From the IMG/VR virus record IMGVR_UViG_3300005683_000019, positions 65,622 to 129,621 of that record: a stretch of 64,000 nt of DNA; one strand, 5' to 3'. The number at the start of each line of letters is the position of its first letter. The first letter of the stretch is position 1. Origin of the DNA: a virus. Positions 33,862 to 44,019 of the stretch are shown in pieces. Made by a program: the position numbers and the translations under genes. A model generated the notes under the pieces. That model searched no databases and was not told where the DNA came from. It saw only the letters and a program-made list of their open reading frames with translations.

Positions 33862-34123
33862 TGTTTCCTGTAAAGAATTTTTCTACTTGCTCATCCGTAT
33901 AGAAGCGTTCAAGTGTAATGCCATGTTTTTGACACGCCCACTGCACTTCATCTGGTTCGTCACATTTCACAATATAGCGGTCGCGCTCGATTATACTAAA
34001 TCCGTTTTCATCGTGTGAACATTCTAAAATTTCTTCCAGATTCATTTCTTGAATATGATCTTCCATATCATACGGAATTAGAACTTCTAAAGTAATTATA
34101 ACTTTCTTCAAGCCAATTTTCAT
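33842..34123 (-). CDS. Hypothetical protein
   Basis: Coupled ORF. Confidence 0.6.
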   Translation of the reverse strand: MKIGLKKVIITLEVLIPYDMEDHIQEMNLEEILECSHDENGFSIIERDRYIVKCDEPDEVQWACQKHGITLERFYTDEQVEKFFTGNNVQNPN

Positions 34124-35106
34124 TACACTTCCTCGTACACTGCGATAGTTTTTGTAACTGGCTTAACTGGAATAAGCCATTCAGAACATTCATAACTGAT
34201 ACTGTTACCTAAACGATCAGTCATGTCATACGCTTTATAAAACTGACCGGATTCATCTTGGTGAACATATTCTACTATGGCATGCCCCGTCTTGCAATGG
34301 ACAGTAGTTAGTTCGCCATCAATAATAAATGATGGAATTTCCTTTCCAGTAGCAGTTAGAAAGTTATTGAAGAACTTACGATCAAAGTTATTCAGATACC
34401 ATGAAAGATTATCAAGAATGAACTGAGACGCCCAATTCTTTGTGAGATTAGTGATTGTTTTCTGAACTGCGTACAAATACGCAAGAGCCGGATGAATTTT
34501 TCCATCACTAGGAATTACCCAACGCTCAAGGGCAATTACACACATTTCTTCACGAAACATGTTCAACTTCGATTCAAAAGGTAGCTCGTCAAATTTAGCA
34601 CGGTCAATCATGACTTCCGCGTTATCCGACAGCGCAAATGTATACAATGGTGGGTTAGGACTCGCCACGACTTCATGAAGCCAGTCGTGATCATATTTCT
34701 TTACAACGGCATCATTGAAAAAATCATCCTTTGAACGATCAAGAGATAGACGACTCTTATAGCCATGAGTCTTCTTCCAAAAATCTTTAAAAGCATAATA
34801 CAATTCATCAATCCTGTACGCTCCGTGACGCTCCAACATAATTACATCGATAGCGTGTTTAAACCAAAAGATATCCCACTCAAGATGCGATTCCTTGATC
34901 GTGTAAAGAGCACACTTGGACACATGATACAGGTTTTCATCGAGCTTAATGCAATACTTCAAAAGAAGATTGAACAAATCAGGCGGCAATGCATGGCTAT
35001 CACCATTGGGGCGTTTGTCACCCTCAATATAAAAATAGTCCAAATCATTGACTTTAATATAAAAACCCATCAGATTAAGTGCGCTGCTACCAATCAAGAT
35101 TTTCAT
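34123..35106 (-). CDS. Phage nucleotidyltransferase-like protein
   Basis: MKILIGSSAL...NDLDY (GS..DxD); start corrected. Confidence 0.65.
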   Translation of the reverse strand: MKILIGSSALNLMGFYIKVNDLDYFYIEGDKRPNGDSHALPPDLFNLLLKYCIKLDENLYHVSKCALYTIKESHLEWDIFWFKHAIDVIMLERHGAYRIDELYYAFKDFWKKTHGYKSRLSLDRSKDDFFNDAVVKKYDHDWLHEVVASPNPPLYTFALSDNAEVMIDRAKFDELPFESKLNMFREEMCVIALERWVIPSDGKIHPALAYLYAVQKTITNLTKNWASQFILDNLSWYLNNFDRKFFNNFLTATGKEIPSFIIDGELTTVHCKTGHAIVEYVHQDESGQFYKAYDMTDRLGNSISYECSEWLIPVKPVTKTIAVYEEV

Positions 35107-35107
35107 T

Positions 35108-35290
35108 TTACCAATCCTTTTCGGACCCGTCGCCATATTCTTCGTTCTGAAGCTCTTCAATTTCGTCTTCCAAGTCGAAGATTTCGTCTTCCAGACGTTC
35201 AACAAGCTCTTCATCACCATCATTACGCGCCGCAACAAGCTCGCGACTCTTCTGCGCCAGACGGGTCTGGAGATTGATTAGATTGCTCAT
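35108..35290 (-). CDS. Acidic coiled-coil hypothetical protein
   Basis: Start MSNL. Confidence 0.55.
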   Translation of the reverse strand: MSNLINLQTRLAQKSRELVAARNDGDEELVERLEDEIFDLEDEIEELQNEEYGDGSEKDW

Positions 35291-35396
35291 TTTGTTACTT
35301 TGAAACCTCTCTGTGGTTGGTGTAACCATACTACAAAAAAGAAGGGGTGCCGTCAAGCACCCCTTTAATGTTACACCAGTCATGTTTATTGTTTGT

Positions 35397-35891
35397 TTAG
35401 TTGCATCCGACCGGTGGTACTACTACTGTAAATGGTTGTAATGTATCTCTAGAGAACGTGTAGTTCCCATTTAAAGCCGCAGTGGACGACACTATATTAA
35501 CGACTAGGTATTGGTTTAACGCGTCATATGACACCAATTTAGCAGTTCCGGCAAATGAAAAACCGGAATATATATTATAGCTAGTGCCTAACACGAAGCC
35601 TGTATTGGTAGAATCTACATTTCCAAATGAGCCATGGAAAACCGTGGTCGTAGTTCTAGGTAGAGACAATACTCCTCTGATGGCTTTTCCGCAAGTAGAA
35701 GGAGCGCCCATTCCAGACGCGGAATAGGTTCCAATATTAAGTGTAAGTCTAAGTGCACCAGGCCCTATCCAATTACCTGACACTGATTCGCTCACAGTTA
35801 ATGGTACTGATGGGTATGTGCTATACGACTGTTTTGCTTCTAAATTAATAGAAGATAAAGCTAAAATGGCTGCAAATATGTATTTCTTCAT
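35397..35891 (-). CDS. Secreted beta-rich protein
   Basis: Signal peptide MKKYIFAAILALSSINLEA; GGAG RBS; TATAAATA upstream. Confidence 0.7.
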   Translation of the reverse strand: MKKYIFAAILALSSINLEAKQSYSTYPSVPLTVSESVSGNWIGPGALRLTLNIGTYSASGMGAPSTCGKAIRGVLSLPRTTTTVFHGSFGNVDSTNTGFVLGTSYNIYSGFSFAGTAKLVSYDALNQYLVVNIVSSTAALNGNYTFSRDTLQPFTVVVPPVGCN

Positions 35892-36164
35892 AAAAATATA
35901 CTCCGTGTATATTTCTATTTATAAAGATTCCGACCACACGCCCATTTTAAATGGGTCGCACTGAACAAACAATGAAAGGGCTTAAGCCCTTTCATTGTTT
36001 GTGAGCAATTGTAAACAAAGTTGTGCTAACGCTTGGTTAACTGTTAACCCACCATTAAGACAAGACACCATTAGCGAAGAATTTTCTTTTGAAGAAAAAG
36101 CGGGGAGATTTAACTCCCCGCCCATCATGACTCTAAACGAATCATTTAGATGCCTAACGTACAC

Positions 36165-37181
36165 TTACTTAACCCAAGTGTACGTTTCGCCGTCCCAAAT
36201 GCGACCTACAGTGCGTGCACTAACATCATATAGGCGCCCGACTGCGGCCTTTGAATTTCGCCCATCATTTGCTTCACGAATGGCACGAACCGTAGCCGGG
36301 TGTAAATCGCCGGGACCAGTAACTTCGATTTCATCTTCTTCTTCGATAGAAACTTCATCCTCTTCATCTTCATCCGAAGGCTGGTCATCCCAAAAATTAA
36401 TTTCTTCGTTTGAAATGAAGTTAGCCTTGATACGTTCATCCCATTCGATTTCACGAAGTACCGTATACTTCCATGCGCGTCCCTTGGAATTATTGTAGTC
36501 ATATGGGATGGAAATAACGTCTGCGGGATCGATTTCGAGAACAACTAGACGATCTCCCCTATCTGCGGCACCGTAACTACCGTTCAAAACGTAATTCAAT
36601 GAAGCAAAATGCAAACCTCTAGAACAGGTATTGTCTCGATGCGGGTCAACTTCATCCGGCGATTCCAGTGACACAAGTGCACCAATACTATTATCCATAG
36701 TACCAGTATACTTATCCTTGTAATCGCTACGGATCATCTTATAAGCTAGAAACTTGCCATCTTCTGTGATCGGGCACTCACCATTCTCTAAAAACAGGTA
36801 AAGCTCATCCTGAAACGACTCAGAGTATAGCGAACTATTCTTATCCATGCGAGGATTCGCCGCAACACGATTCAAGAATCGCAGCAGTGGCAGAAAGCCA
36901 AAACCTTCCGAGAACATCGTAGCAACGCGGACGGCAAGCGCCCCGGCTAGTGGCGAGCCATCGAAATACAGGCTTCCATCGACGATTTCGGCGCGACCTT
37001 CCGTAACACTCGCAATGTAATCGCGAATGTTTAAAACCTTTTTGAAGGTTGCTTCATCTGCATTATCTCGAATCGCAGCCTTTAAATCTGCGAAGTTGGG
37101 AGCAGATGCTGGAACCATGTAGGTGTAACCATCAATATAAACTGTGATGGCGGTCTTTCCATAAAGAAAAGGAACTGGCAT
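36165..37181 (-). CDS. rIIB: rIIB-like protein
   Basis: ELYLFLE...PITEDG.FLAYK...CSRGLH...DPADVISIP.DY..KGR; C-terminal HTH. Confidence 0.85.
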   Translation of the reverse strand: MPVPFLYGKTAITVYIDGYTYMVPASAPNFADLKAAIRDNADEATFKKVLNIRDYIASVTEGRAEIVDGSLYFDGSPLAGALAVRVATMFSEGFGFLPLLRFLNRVAANPRMDKNSSLYSESFQDELYLFLENGECPITEDGKFLAYKMIRSDYKDKYTGTMDNSIGALVSLESPDEVDPHRDNTCSRGLHFASLNYVLNGSYGAADRGDRLVVLEIDPADVISIPYDYNNSKGRAWKYTVLREIEWDERIKANFISNEEINFWDDQPSDEDEEDEVSIEEEDEIEVTGPGDLHPATVRAIREANDGRNSKAAVGRLYDVSARTVGRIWDGETYTWVK

Positions 37182-37235
37182 TGTGTTTCTCCTGTTGGGT
37201 AGTTTTGTTTATTGTAACTGTGTTTTTGACAACCG

Positions 37236-39395
37236 TCAAGTGATGAATTTCTTGACGGCATCAAAATTTAAAACATCTGTGATATCAATTTTATCACCAT
37301 TTTTTTCATCGATCATTTCAATATATTCCTTTAATCCGGGTAGATCATCGTTTAAATCATATGAATTGATCGAACGAAGTAATGGATAATTAGTATGTAA
37401 TTTTTCATTCACTTTGATCATTGTAGCACGAAGCTCATAATGAAGTGAACGAAAACATTCGCCATAAATTACTCTCCACGCTCCACTATCTTTTATAGTG
37501 CCAGCCACTTTAGTAGCGCCAAAGTGCTGAATGAGTTCTTTCTCGATATTACTAATATGTCCATTGATATCATAATGGCTATAGTAAAATGAAGCTATTG
37601 ACGCGGACGCCGCTGACCGGATTCCATCTACGACTTGATAATACTTTGAAAACACCAGATTGTCATCATATAGCTTCTGATAATCAAACGTGTCAAGATA
37701 TTTTTCAAAATCTGACCATTCATCATCATCCTTTAACTTTGCTGCTGACTTCTCGGGGAACACATGAATAAATGTCACGTCGTCCTTGATTATTCCAGCC
37801 GCCTTGTATAACGTATATTTTTCCAGCTTCGCGATGGCATGGACATCTCCTCTATGCGAGCTTAAATAATAACCCGGCTCAATATCTGCTTTATCCGTAA
37901 TACGCTTGGCGCCGCCCATATCGCGTAGCAATTGATTAAAAATACGACGGGTGACGTCTACACGATACCCCTCAGTTGTGAGATATGAGTAATTCTTTTC
38001 AGATTTCACCGGCTCAAATTCAGACAAGAGTTTGAACCCTATCTGATGGGTATTGAATAGCGCCTTTAAATCATCGATCTTTTCATAATCGATTGTGATT
38101 AAACCAGTGCCGCTCGGTACATTCTGTAAGCGCCTCTTAATGAATTTACAATTGTCAATGAGAATGACAGGAAATTCATCATCCTTAAATGAATTTGTAG
38201 CAGACTTGCCATATCTATACGTATTTGTAAATGAGACGGGTGTATTGAGTTCATCCGTCAGTTTTTGAGAAGAAACATAAAATGTAATGCTTCCGTAAAG
38301 ATTAACTTCCCAGATTCCAAAATCATACGAACTTAAATCGACCTTTCCGACAAGATTTCGGATATTATTATGATTGGTCTTAAGATAATTCTTACGCTCT
38401 TCTACTGTGCTACACACCGCCATGTTATCATGGAACGATTTTACCATTGATTCATACAGACCATCCAACGCCTTTTCAAAAGCGGGGAATGTACGCTTTT
38501 CATCATATGAAAGTGTTTCGCGGGAGGGCGTTACCGACACTTCACCAATATCAAAATCAAACCTAATGAAAATGCCATACTGATTGCGAAGATGACTCAG
38601 AAGCGTGGCATGCTTGGGAAACCGCTTAATCAAGAGTTCAAAGTTAATCTGATAGCCGACTGGACCCATAACCGCATAGATACCAGAATACACATTGTTC
38701 GCGTCAGAGTAAATCTTAACTCGATTATGCTCCGAGGTTAATTTAGTCGGATGATTTTCCCAAACAAAACCACCATAATCACCGCCGACGACGTTCGGAC
38801 GAACACTAAAAAACTTCAATTGATTCTGAATTGCAGTCTTAAAGTTAGATCGGTCATATTGATCGTTAACTGGTAGGATGATTTCTACACCATTTTGTTC
38901 GCTAGTTTGCTTAGATCCAATCTTTGAGCAGCACGGCAGCCCGTCTTCGTCCTTATGCATTGCATAAGAGGTTTCTGTACCATCCTTTCGAGACACTACT
39001 GTAAATGATTCGGTATAGGAAAACGGAGTCTTTGCGCCAAGACCGAATGCACCAACGGTATCATTGCTCTGTTCTTTTGTGGAAGCAAAAAGAACCGTAA
39101 AGACGCGCTTAACAGTATCCTCATCCATTCCGATGCCATAATCCTTAACGGAAAAATATGGCTCGAAAACACTTGGAAGGTGAATAGAAAAAGGAATATC
39201 CGCCTTCCCAGCTTCAATATGCGAATCCAATGCATTACAAGACAATTCTCGAACGATTGAACCGATTTTGTCCTGATACAAAGAGCTTGACAATGTTTCA
39301 AAAGCCTTTGCATTGGCTTCCATCATAAATTGCCAGCTTTGGTTCTTATTGATATTGGAGACTACACCATCATACGTTTTTTCGGTCAGAATCAT
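37236..39395 (-). CDS. rIIA: rIIA-like protein (GHKL ATPase N-terminus)
   Basis: LYQDKIGSIVRELSCNALDSH, VKDYGIGM, GAFGLGAKTPFSY; adjacent to rIIB. Confidence 0.9.
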   Translation of the reverse strand: MILTEKTYDGVVSNINKNQSWQFMMEANAKAFETLSSSLYQDKIGSIVRELSCNALDSHIEAGKADIPFSIHLPSVFEPYFSVKDYGIGMDEDTVKRVFTVLFASTKEQSNDTVGAFGLGAKTPFSYTESFTVVSRKDGTETSYAMHKDEDGLPCCSKIGSKQTSEQNGVEIILPVNDQYDRSNFKTAIQNQLKFFSVRPNVVGGDYGGFVWENHPTKLTSEHNRVKIYSDANNVYSGIYAVMGPVGYQINFELLIKRFPKHATLLSHLRNQYGIFIRFDFDIGEVSVTPSRETLSYDEKRTFPAFEKALDGLYESMVKSFHDNMAVCSTVEERKNYLKTNHNNIRNLVGKVDLSSYDFGIWEVNLYGSITFYVSSQKLTDELNTPVSFTNTYRYGKSATNSFKDDEFPVILIDNCKFIKRRLQNVPSGTGLITIDYEKIDDLKALFNTHQIGFKLLSEFEPVKSEKNYSYLTTEGYRVDVTRRIFNQLLRDMGGAKRITDKADIEPGYYLSSHRGDVHAIAKLEKYTLYKAAGIIKDDVTFIHVFPEKSAAKLKDDDEWSDFEKYLDTFDYQKLYDDNLVFSKYYQVVDGIRSAASASIASFYYSHYDINGHISNIEKELIQHFGATKVAGTIKDSGAWRVIYGECFRSLHYELRATMIKVNEKLHTNYPLLRSINSYDLNDDLPGLKEYIEMIDEKNGDKIDITDVLNFDAVKKFIT

Positions 39396-39488
39396 TATTT
39401 TTTTCCCATGTCTTCAATGTGTCTACTATAACGCAAAACGGGGACAGTTGCTAGTTGCCCCCGTTTTTGTGTTCATGTTGCGTTTATG

Positions 39489-39902
39489 TTATGTAGTGGG
39501 TGCAGAAGATGTAGCCACAGCCTTAGGCTTCGCCTTCGTCTTTCCAGTTGCGGCATTGTGAACAACGTGGTAATACGTGTTCGCGGTGTCCGTGGCCACA
39601 CCTGCCGCGATGAATTGCTTGACTAATTCTGAACGCGGGGCATTGGGGTTCTTCTCGTACAAACCGCGACAAATGTTCAGCCCTGAATCGACCTTGCGCG
39701 GGCGACCCGGACGCTTCGGGCCGGTGACAGTGGCGGGAGCATTGCTTGCTGCTGACGTAGATGCGGATGCTACTGCGGCAGAAGTGGTGTCTTCGACGGA
39801 AGTCGTGGAGGAGACCGCAGTAGAAGTGTCTTCAGTGGAGGAATTTGAAGCGGAAGTATCTTCAACAACGACATCATTTGAAACTGTTTCGGTTGTGTTC
39901 AT
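39489..39902 (-). CDS. Ser/Thr/Ala low-complexity protein with AT-hook-like KRPGRPRK and helical C-terminus
   Basis: Composition; AAGGA RBS. Confidence 0.65.
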   Translation of the reverse strand: MNTTETVSNDVVVEDTSASNSSTEDTSTAVSSTTSVEDTTSAAVASASTSAASNAPATVTGPKRPGRPRKVDSGLNICRGLYEKNPNAPRSELVKQFIAAGVATDTANTYYHVVHNAATGKTKAKPKAVATSSAPTT

Positions 39903-40138
39903 AATTTATATCCTTAGTGTTTTTAGTTGGTTTGTGGTGATCCACGATTGTTAGGTTACTGCGGTTTCATTGTGTTGTCAACTACTATTTTTGTATGTTC
40001 TATTGTTTTAATGTCCATCGAGCTAATATAATTGGAGAATTATAATTATGTTCGAATCTGTCATAGAAATGTTCATACATCCATTCACCATGACTTACGT
40101 CCAAAATCATTTGATATACTTCTCTAACGGAAGTCATT

Positions 40139-40873
40139 TTATGCGCCTAATTTATAATCTAATTGTTTAACAAACCCACTCGCATCGCGACGAGCCTTGC
40201 CCTTCGCTGTCAATAGAATAAACTTACCGGAGCCGTCAATAAAACGAACGTCACTTTCATCGCCATCAATGGCGTCACGACCAGAAAATGTTTTAGGCTT
40301 TTTTGCATTGCGTTTAATATTGACTACAACGGCAACATTCATTCCCATATCTAAGGCTTTCAATGCGTCTTCGTCATTATTTTCGGAGAGAGAAAAAGTT
40401 AAGTGGTAATTACTGATTAGCCGTGCAGACTTCCTATTGACTACCTTAGTATATTCATAAAATTGGACGCCTGGAAATAGTTCAAAGATATTGTGCCGCG
40501 AATCGCCCACACTAAATTTAATTTTTTCCCAAGCAATATCAGAAGTTCCGTTAAGACGGACCACTGGAGTAAGATTACCCCAAGACGCTTTTCTAATAAG
40601 AGCTTCAATATCTTTGGTTAGTTCGTCCATAAAATTCTGCCGGTCTTCAAAGAAGCGTTTAGTCTTCTTGATACGAGCCTGTTGGACTCTATTATAAATC
40701 CCGCGTCCTGCCGTATTAAGGCAGGCGGCTTTACACCCATCGGTCGCTTTTGGGCACGTTTGATAGCCAGCCAACTCCGCAGGAGCTAGATACAACACGC
40801 CTGTTAGATACCCCAGCTTTTCACCCTTATATGTTTTTGCATCTGCGGATACGGAAAGCAGCTTGAATGCCAT
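40139..40873 (-). CDS. Gp88-like phage protein (Cys-containing)
   Basis: LYLAPA..CP.A..GC...CL..AGRG, RLNGTSDI.W, FYEYTK, YHLTFS, DGD.SD.RF. Confidence 0.65.
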   Translation of the reverse strand: MAFKLLSVSADAKTYKGEKLGYLTGVLYLAPAELAGYQTCPKATDGCKAACLNTAGRGIYNRVQQARIKKTKRFFEDRQNFMDELTKDIEALIRKASWGNLTPVVRLNGTSDIAWEKIKFSVGDSRHNIFELFPGVQFYEYTKVVNRKSARLISNYHLTFSLSENNDEDALKALDMGMNVAVVVNIKRNAKKPKTFSGRDAIDGDESDVRFIDGSGKFILLTAKGKARRDASGFVKQLDYKLGA

Positions 40874-40938
40874 TTGAAATATCCTTGTTAAAGATATTAT
40901 TATATCATTGATACATGAACGTAGACTGAACCAAATTA

Positions 40939-41139
40939 TCAATCTCTATATTGTTCAATATCGTCGCTGTGATCATCACTGTCGTAATGTCCAGTAAATA
41001 GCGCACAGATTAATGACAAAAAGAAAAACAGAATATGGAATCCGTAATGGAAGTTCAGACCTACTGATCCTAAGAAAGCAATCATGAAGATGAAAGTAAA
41101 ACAGAGCCAAAAGTAAAATTTATTCATAATGAGCAACAA
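40939..41139 (-). CDS. Small membrane protein
   Basis: Two TM segments. Confidence 0.5.
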   Translation of the reverse strand: MLLIMNKFYFWLCFTFIFMIAFLGSVGLNFHYGFHILFFFLSLICALFTGHYDSDDHSDDIEQYRD

Positions 41140-41546
41140 CTATATTGATTAAAAAACAAAGTGGAGCGCCTGTGTCGAATTGAATCGTTGTATTTAACGG
41201 CATAATCAGTATCTAGTTTAGCACGAAGCAAACTGGAGATATTCTTCGGCATTGACTTTGATCTTAAAATTGTACGAATGTTCATGAATTCCTCATGCCG
41301 CAACCACTTATGATTAGCAAGTTTCATGCTATAACGAAACATTTCGATTTCATAAGACTGGTCTACGAACAGATAAGACTTACCTTCAGCTTCAATCCAT
41401 ATCATATCAGTCATTCTATCATAAACAATAATAGAGCGGCCTGGGAACATCACCCATTCTTGCTCCACTAGAGATTTTTCTCTAATAAGATATTTTAACA
41501 AGTATAACTTAAATGGTAAAATCTTAAATCTATTTTTATTGTTCAT
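41124..41546 (-). CDS. Hypothetical protein
   Basis: Coupled ORF. Confidence 0.6.
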   Translation of the reverse strand: MNNKNRFKILPFKLYLLKYLIREKSLVEQEWVMFPGRSIIVYDRMTDMIWIEAEGKSYLFVDQSYEIEMFRYSMKLANHKWLRHEEFMNIRTILRSKSMPKNISSLLRAKLDTDYAVKYNDSIRHRRSTLFFNQYSCCSL

Positions 41547-41833
41547 GATTCGCCACCATTAAGAATTTTTGCATAATAATGTGCGTCAGCGTTTGCTATC
41601 GCATCTATGCGGGTGTCAAAATATGGACCGTAATAAGTTTTAGCATTCAAGTGTTTATCGAAATAAGTGTAAACAAACCTATATTGCGGATCACTATAAT
41701 AGTTTGTTTTAACCTCAATAACATAACCTCTCTTACGAAGACGATCATTAGTCTTTTGAGTTGTCAGTATATCAGCAAGTAACATTCCAGACACAAATGA
41801 AACTATACCAGTAATTGTGAGTTCAATTAACAT
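41543..41833 (-). CDS. Hypothetical protein with N-terminal TM
   Basis: Coupled ORF. Confidence 0.6.
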   Translation of the reverse strand: MLIELTITGIVSFVSGMLLADILTTQKTNDRLRKRGYVIEVKTNYYSDPQYRFVYTYFDKHLNAKTYYGPYFDTRIDAIANADAHYYAKILNGGES

Positions 41834-41927
41834 TATGTTTTTTCAGTATTACGAATATAGGAAACATCTTCATCTTGGCCATACGCCTGAACATGATCGT
41901 AATAGTCCTTAAATTTTGAATAAATCT

Positions 41928-42263
41928 TCATACACGTCTATTCCAATTATCAATGGCTTCGTATGGAGTTGTGCCTAAAACCCGCGCATCGCAACCGCCT
42001 GCAGAGAACGAACAACCGGCCTGCCACAAGTCTCTAGACCTGCCGACAGGATAGATTGTATCTGGATCATATGGGTCAGGATGATGCCCGCAAAATGGAC
42101 ATTCTTTGAATTCTCTATGAGACAATTTGACGTCGAAGCATTCGCCTTCGCGTTTCAAGGTGTTCATAATAATTTCTTCGATTTCTAGCTTGACATCATG
42201 GATAGGACATTCGATACGGTCCATAATATCTTCTAAAGCAGCACGAAACCATAAAATTTTCAT
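41928..42263 (-). CDS. Lar-like zinc-ribbon protein (restriction alleviation family)
   Basis: KECPFCG...C...GGC.A......AIDNWNRR. Confidence 0.6.
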   Translation of the reverse strand: MKILWFRAALEDIMDRIECPIHDVKLEIEEIIMNTLKREGECFDVKLSHREFKECPFCGHHPDPYDPDTIYPVGRSRDLWQAGCSFSAGGCDARVLGTTPYEAIDNWNRRV

Positions 42264-42264
42264 C

Positions 42265-42447
42265 TCAAAAATGTTCCACTTGACGGACAAAGTAATACTT
42301 GGAAGAAAATTCTCCAGTTGGTTTTCTATTAAAAATCGACACGCAAGCCAACTTCCAACCGCCACACCCCCGCTCCTGCAATAGCTTATATTCCGCGTCT
42401 TCATCATACGGCTCTAGTGCTACGGTATCGTATTCAATCGCACTCAT
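42265..42447 (-). CDS. Hypothetical protein
   Basis: AGAG RBS, 60 aa. Confidence 0.5.
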   Translation of the reverse strand: MSAIEYDTVALEPYDEDAEYKLLQERGCGGWKLACVSIFNRKPTGEFSSKYYFVRQVEHF

Positions 42448-42614
42448 GTTATTTCTCTTTTGACAATCATTTCAAGGATGTAATAACTATACAGTAGTGT
42501 AAGGGTGATTGCAAGAACTATGTTTAGATATGGAACAAAACTAAAAATTTCCTACCAGCCTTAAACGCTTGCATCACTTCAATCATTTCATCAATAGATT
42601 TATTAGACATAATT

Positions 42615-43028
42615 TTATCCTACCACCTCACCGAGTACCACTTCAACGATTTCCCAGCAAACATTTGGGGCTTTGGGTTGCACGTTCATCTTGTATGTCT
42701 CTAACCTATCATAAGTACCTAATGTAGCACCAAGTAAAGAATTGCATCCGCAAGGATATCCACCAGACGGTACATCAATGTGAATGAATTGTCCAGAAGT
42801 TATTCCGTTACAATCCCCGCGCTGCACAATAACATAAGTACCATTCATTTCTTCCACCCAATAACAAAGAGACGCCCAATCCCAAACAGGCTCGCCGAGA
42901 CGATCTTTGATATTCAGTCGAATTACATTTTCATGATCAGAATACCTCGAATCCGAGCGGCAGCAAATGGTTCTACCATCCAGATATGCCTGCATAATGT
43001 CAATCTTTTCTTTCGTAGTTAGTTCCAT
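42615..43028 (-). CDS. Hypothetical protein
   Basis: AAGGA RBS. Confidence 0.65.
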   Translation of the reverse strand: MELTTKEKIDIMQAYLDGRTICCRSDSRYSDHENVIRLNIKDRLGEPVWDWASLCYWVEEMNGTYVIVQRGDCNGITSGQFIHIDVPSGGYPCGCNSLLGATLGTYDRLETYKMNVQPKAPNVCWEIVEVVLGEVVG

Positions 43029-43037
43029 AAATAATCC

Positions 43038-43949
43038 TTAAAGGATTTCCGCCCGTTTCACACGAATCTTACCTTCTTGGCAAGCAATGATATCATCAAT
43101 GTGGACGCGCGCTACTAGCATTCTCTGTTTTGTCTCGTCTTCTATTGGCCAATATTCGTTTGTAGAGAAATGCAGTCCTGATGCACATGATTTGGTTGGA
43201 TCTGAATCGTACTCTTTTGCTTCCACTAGACCACTTTGCGGATAGACAAATGTATTGTCGTGCTCGGATGTGTAATCAATATTTACACGCTTGTAGACAT
43301 AAATGTATCCACTAGCAGTTGGATTTACACCTAGCGAGCACCTAAGCAGATCGACTAATGTATATTTTGTACAATAGCCAAATCTAATCCATTGTCGTTC
43401 GCATATCCGCGCACTTCCATGGACATGTGCACTTCCATAGACCTGCGCACCACCAAAGACACGTGCATTGTCATAGACCCGTGCACTTCCATGGACCCGC
43501 GCATTGCCAAAGACATGTGCACTTCCATAGACATGTGCATTGTCATAGACCCGTGCATTACCATAGACCTGCGCACCACCAAAGACACGTGCACTTCCAT
43601 AGACATGTGCACTTCCATGGACCTGCGCATTGCCAAAGACATGTGCACTTCCATAGACCCGTGCATTGTCATAGACCCGTGCACTACCATAGACCTGAAC
43701 ATTACCATGGACCACTGCATCACCATAGACCAGTGCACTTCCATGGACCTGCGCATTGCCAAAGACATGTGCACTTCCATAGACCTGCGCAGCACCGTAG
43801 ACCCAGCAATTTCCGTCATGCGACAAATTATCTTCGGCGGCTACAAATCCACCTAAATCCCCGGCTTTTACGTCTGAGAAATCTTTTAGTGCCCTGATTC
43901 TAAACAGAAGTGTGTTTTCTTGTGGTACTAATTCGAATTTTTTGTTCAT
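43038..43949 (-). CDS. Hexapeptide-repeat (left-handed beta-helix-like) protein, paralog A
   Basis: Repeats of A(H/Q/R)V(Y/F/H)G(S/N); C-terminal CASGLHF domain. Confidence 0.8.
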   Translation of the reverse strand: MNKKFELVPQENTLLFRIRALKDFSDVKAGDLGGFVAAEDNLSHDGNCWVYGAAQVYGSAHVFGNAQVHGSALVYGDAVVHGNVQVYGSARVYDNARVYGSAHVFGNAQVHGSAHVYGSARVFGGAQVYGNARVYDNAHVYGSAHVFGNARVHGSARVYDNARVFGGAQVYGSAHVHGSARICERQWIRFGYCTKYTLVDLLRCSLGVNPTASGYIYVYKRVNIDYTSEHDNTFVYPQSGLVEAKEYDSDPTKSCASGLHFSTNEYWPIEDETKQRMLVARVHIDDIIACQEGKIRVKRAEIL

Positions 43950-44019
43950 TTGATTATTAGCTCGATTGGTTATACTTACTCATCATAGCACTTTTCCGAC
44001 CAGAGTCAATGAAAAAATC

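Noticed and set aside
34765-35277. 170-aa plus-strand ORF
   Set aside because: Antisense to the nucleotidyltransferase-like gene, no recognisable motif
43355-43897. His/Met/Cys-rich ORFs in other frames (also 45824-46168)
   Set aside because: Shadow frames of the 18-bp repeat tracts
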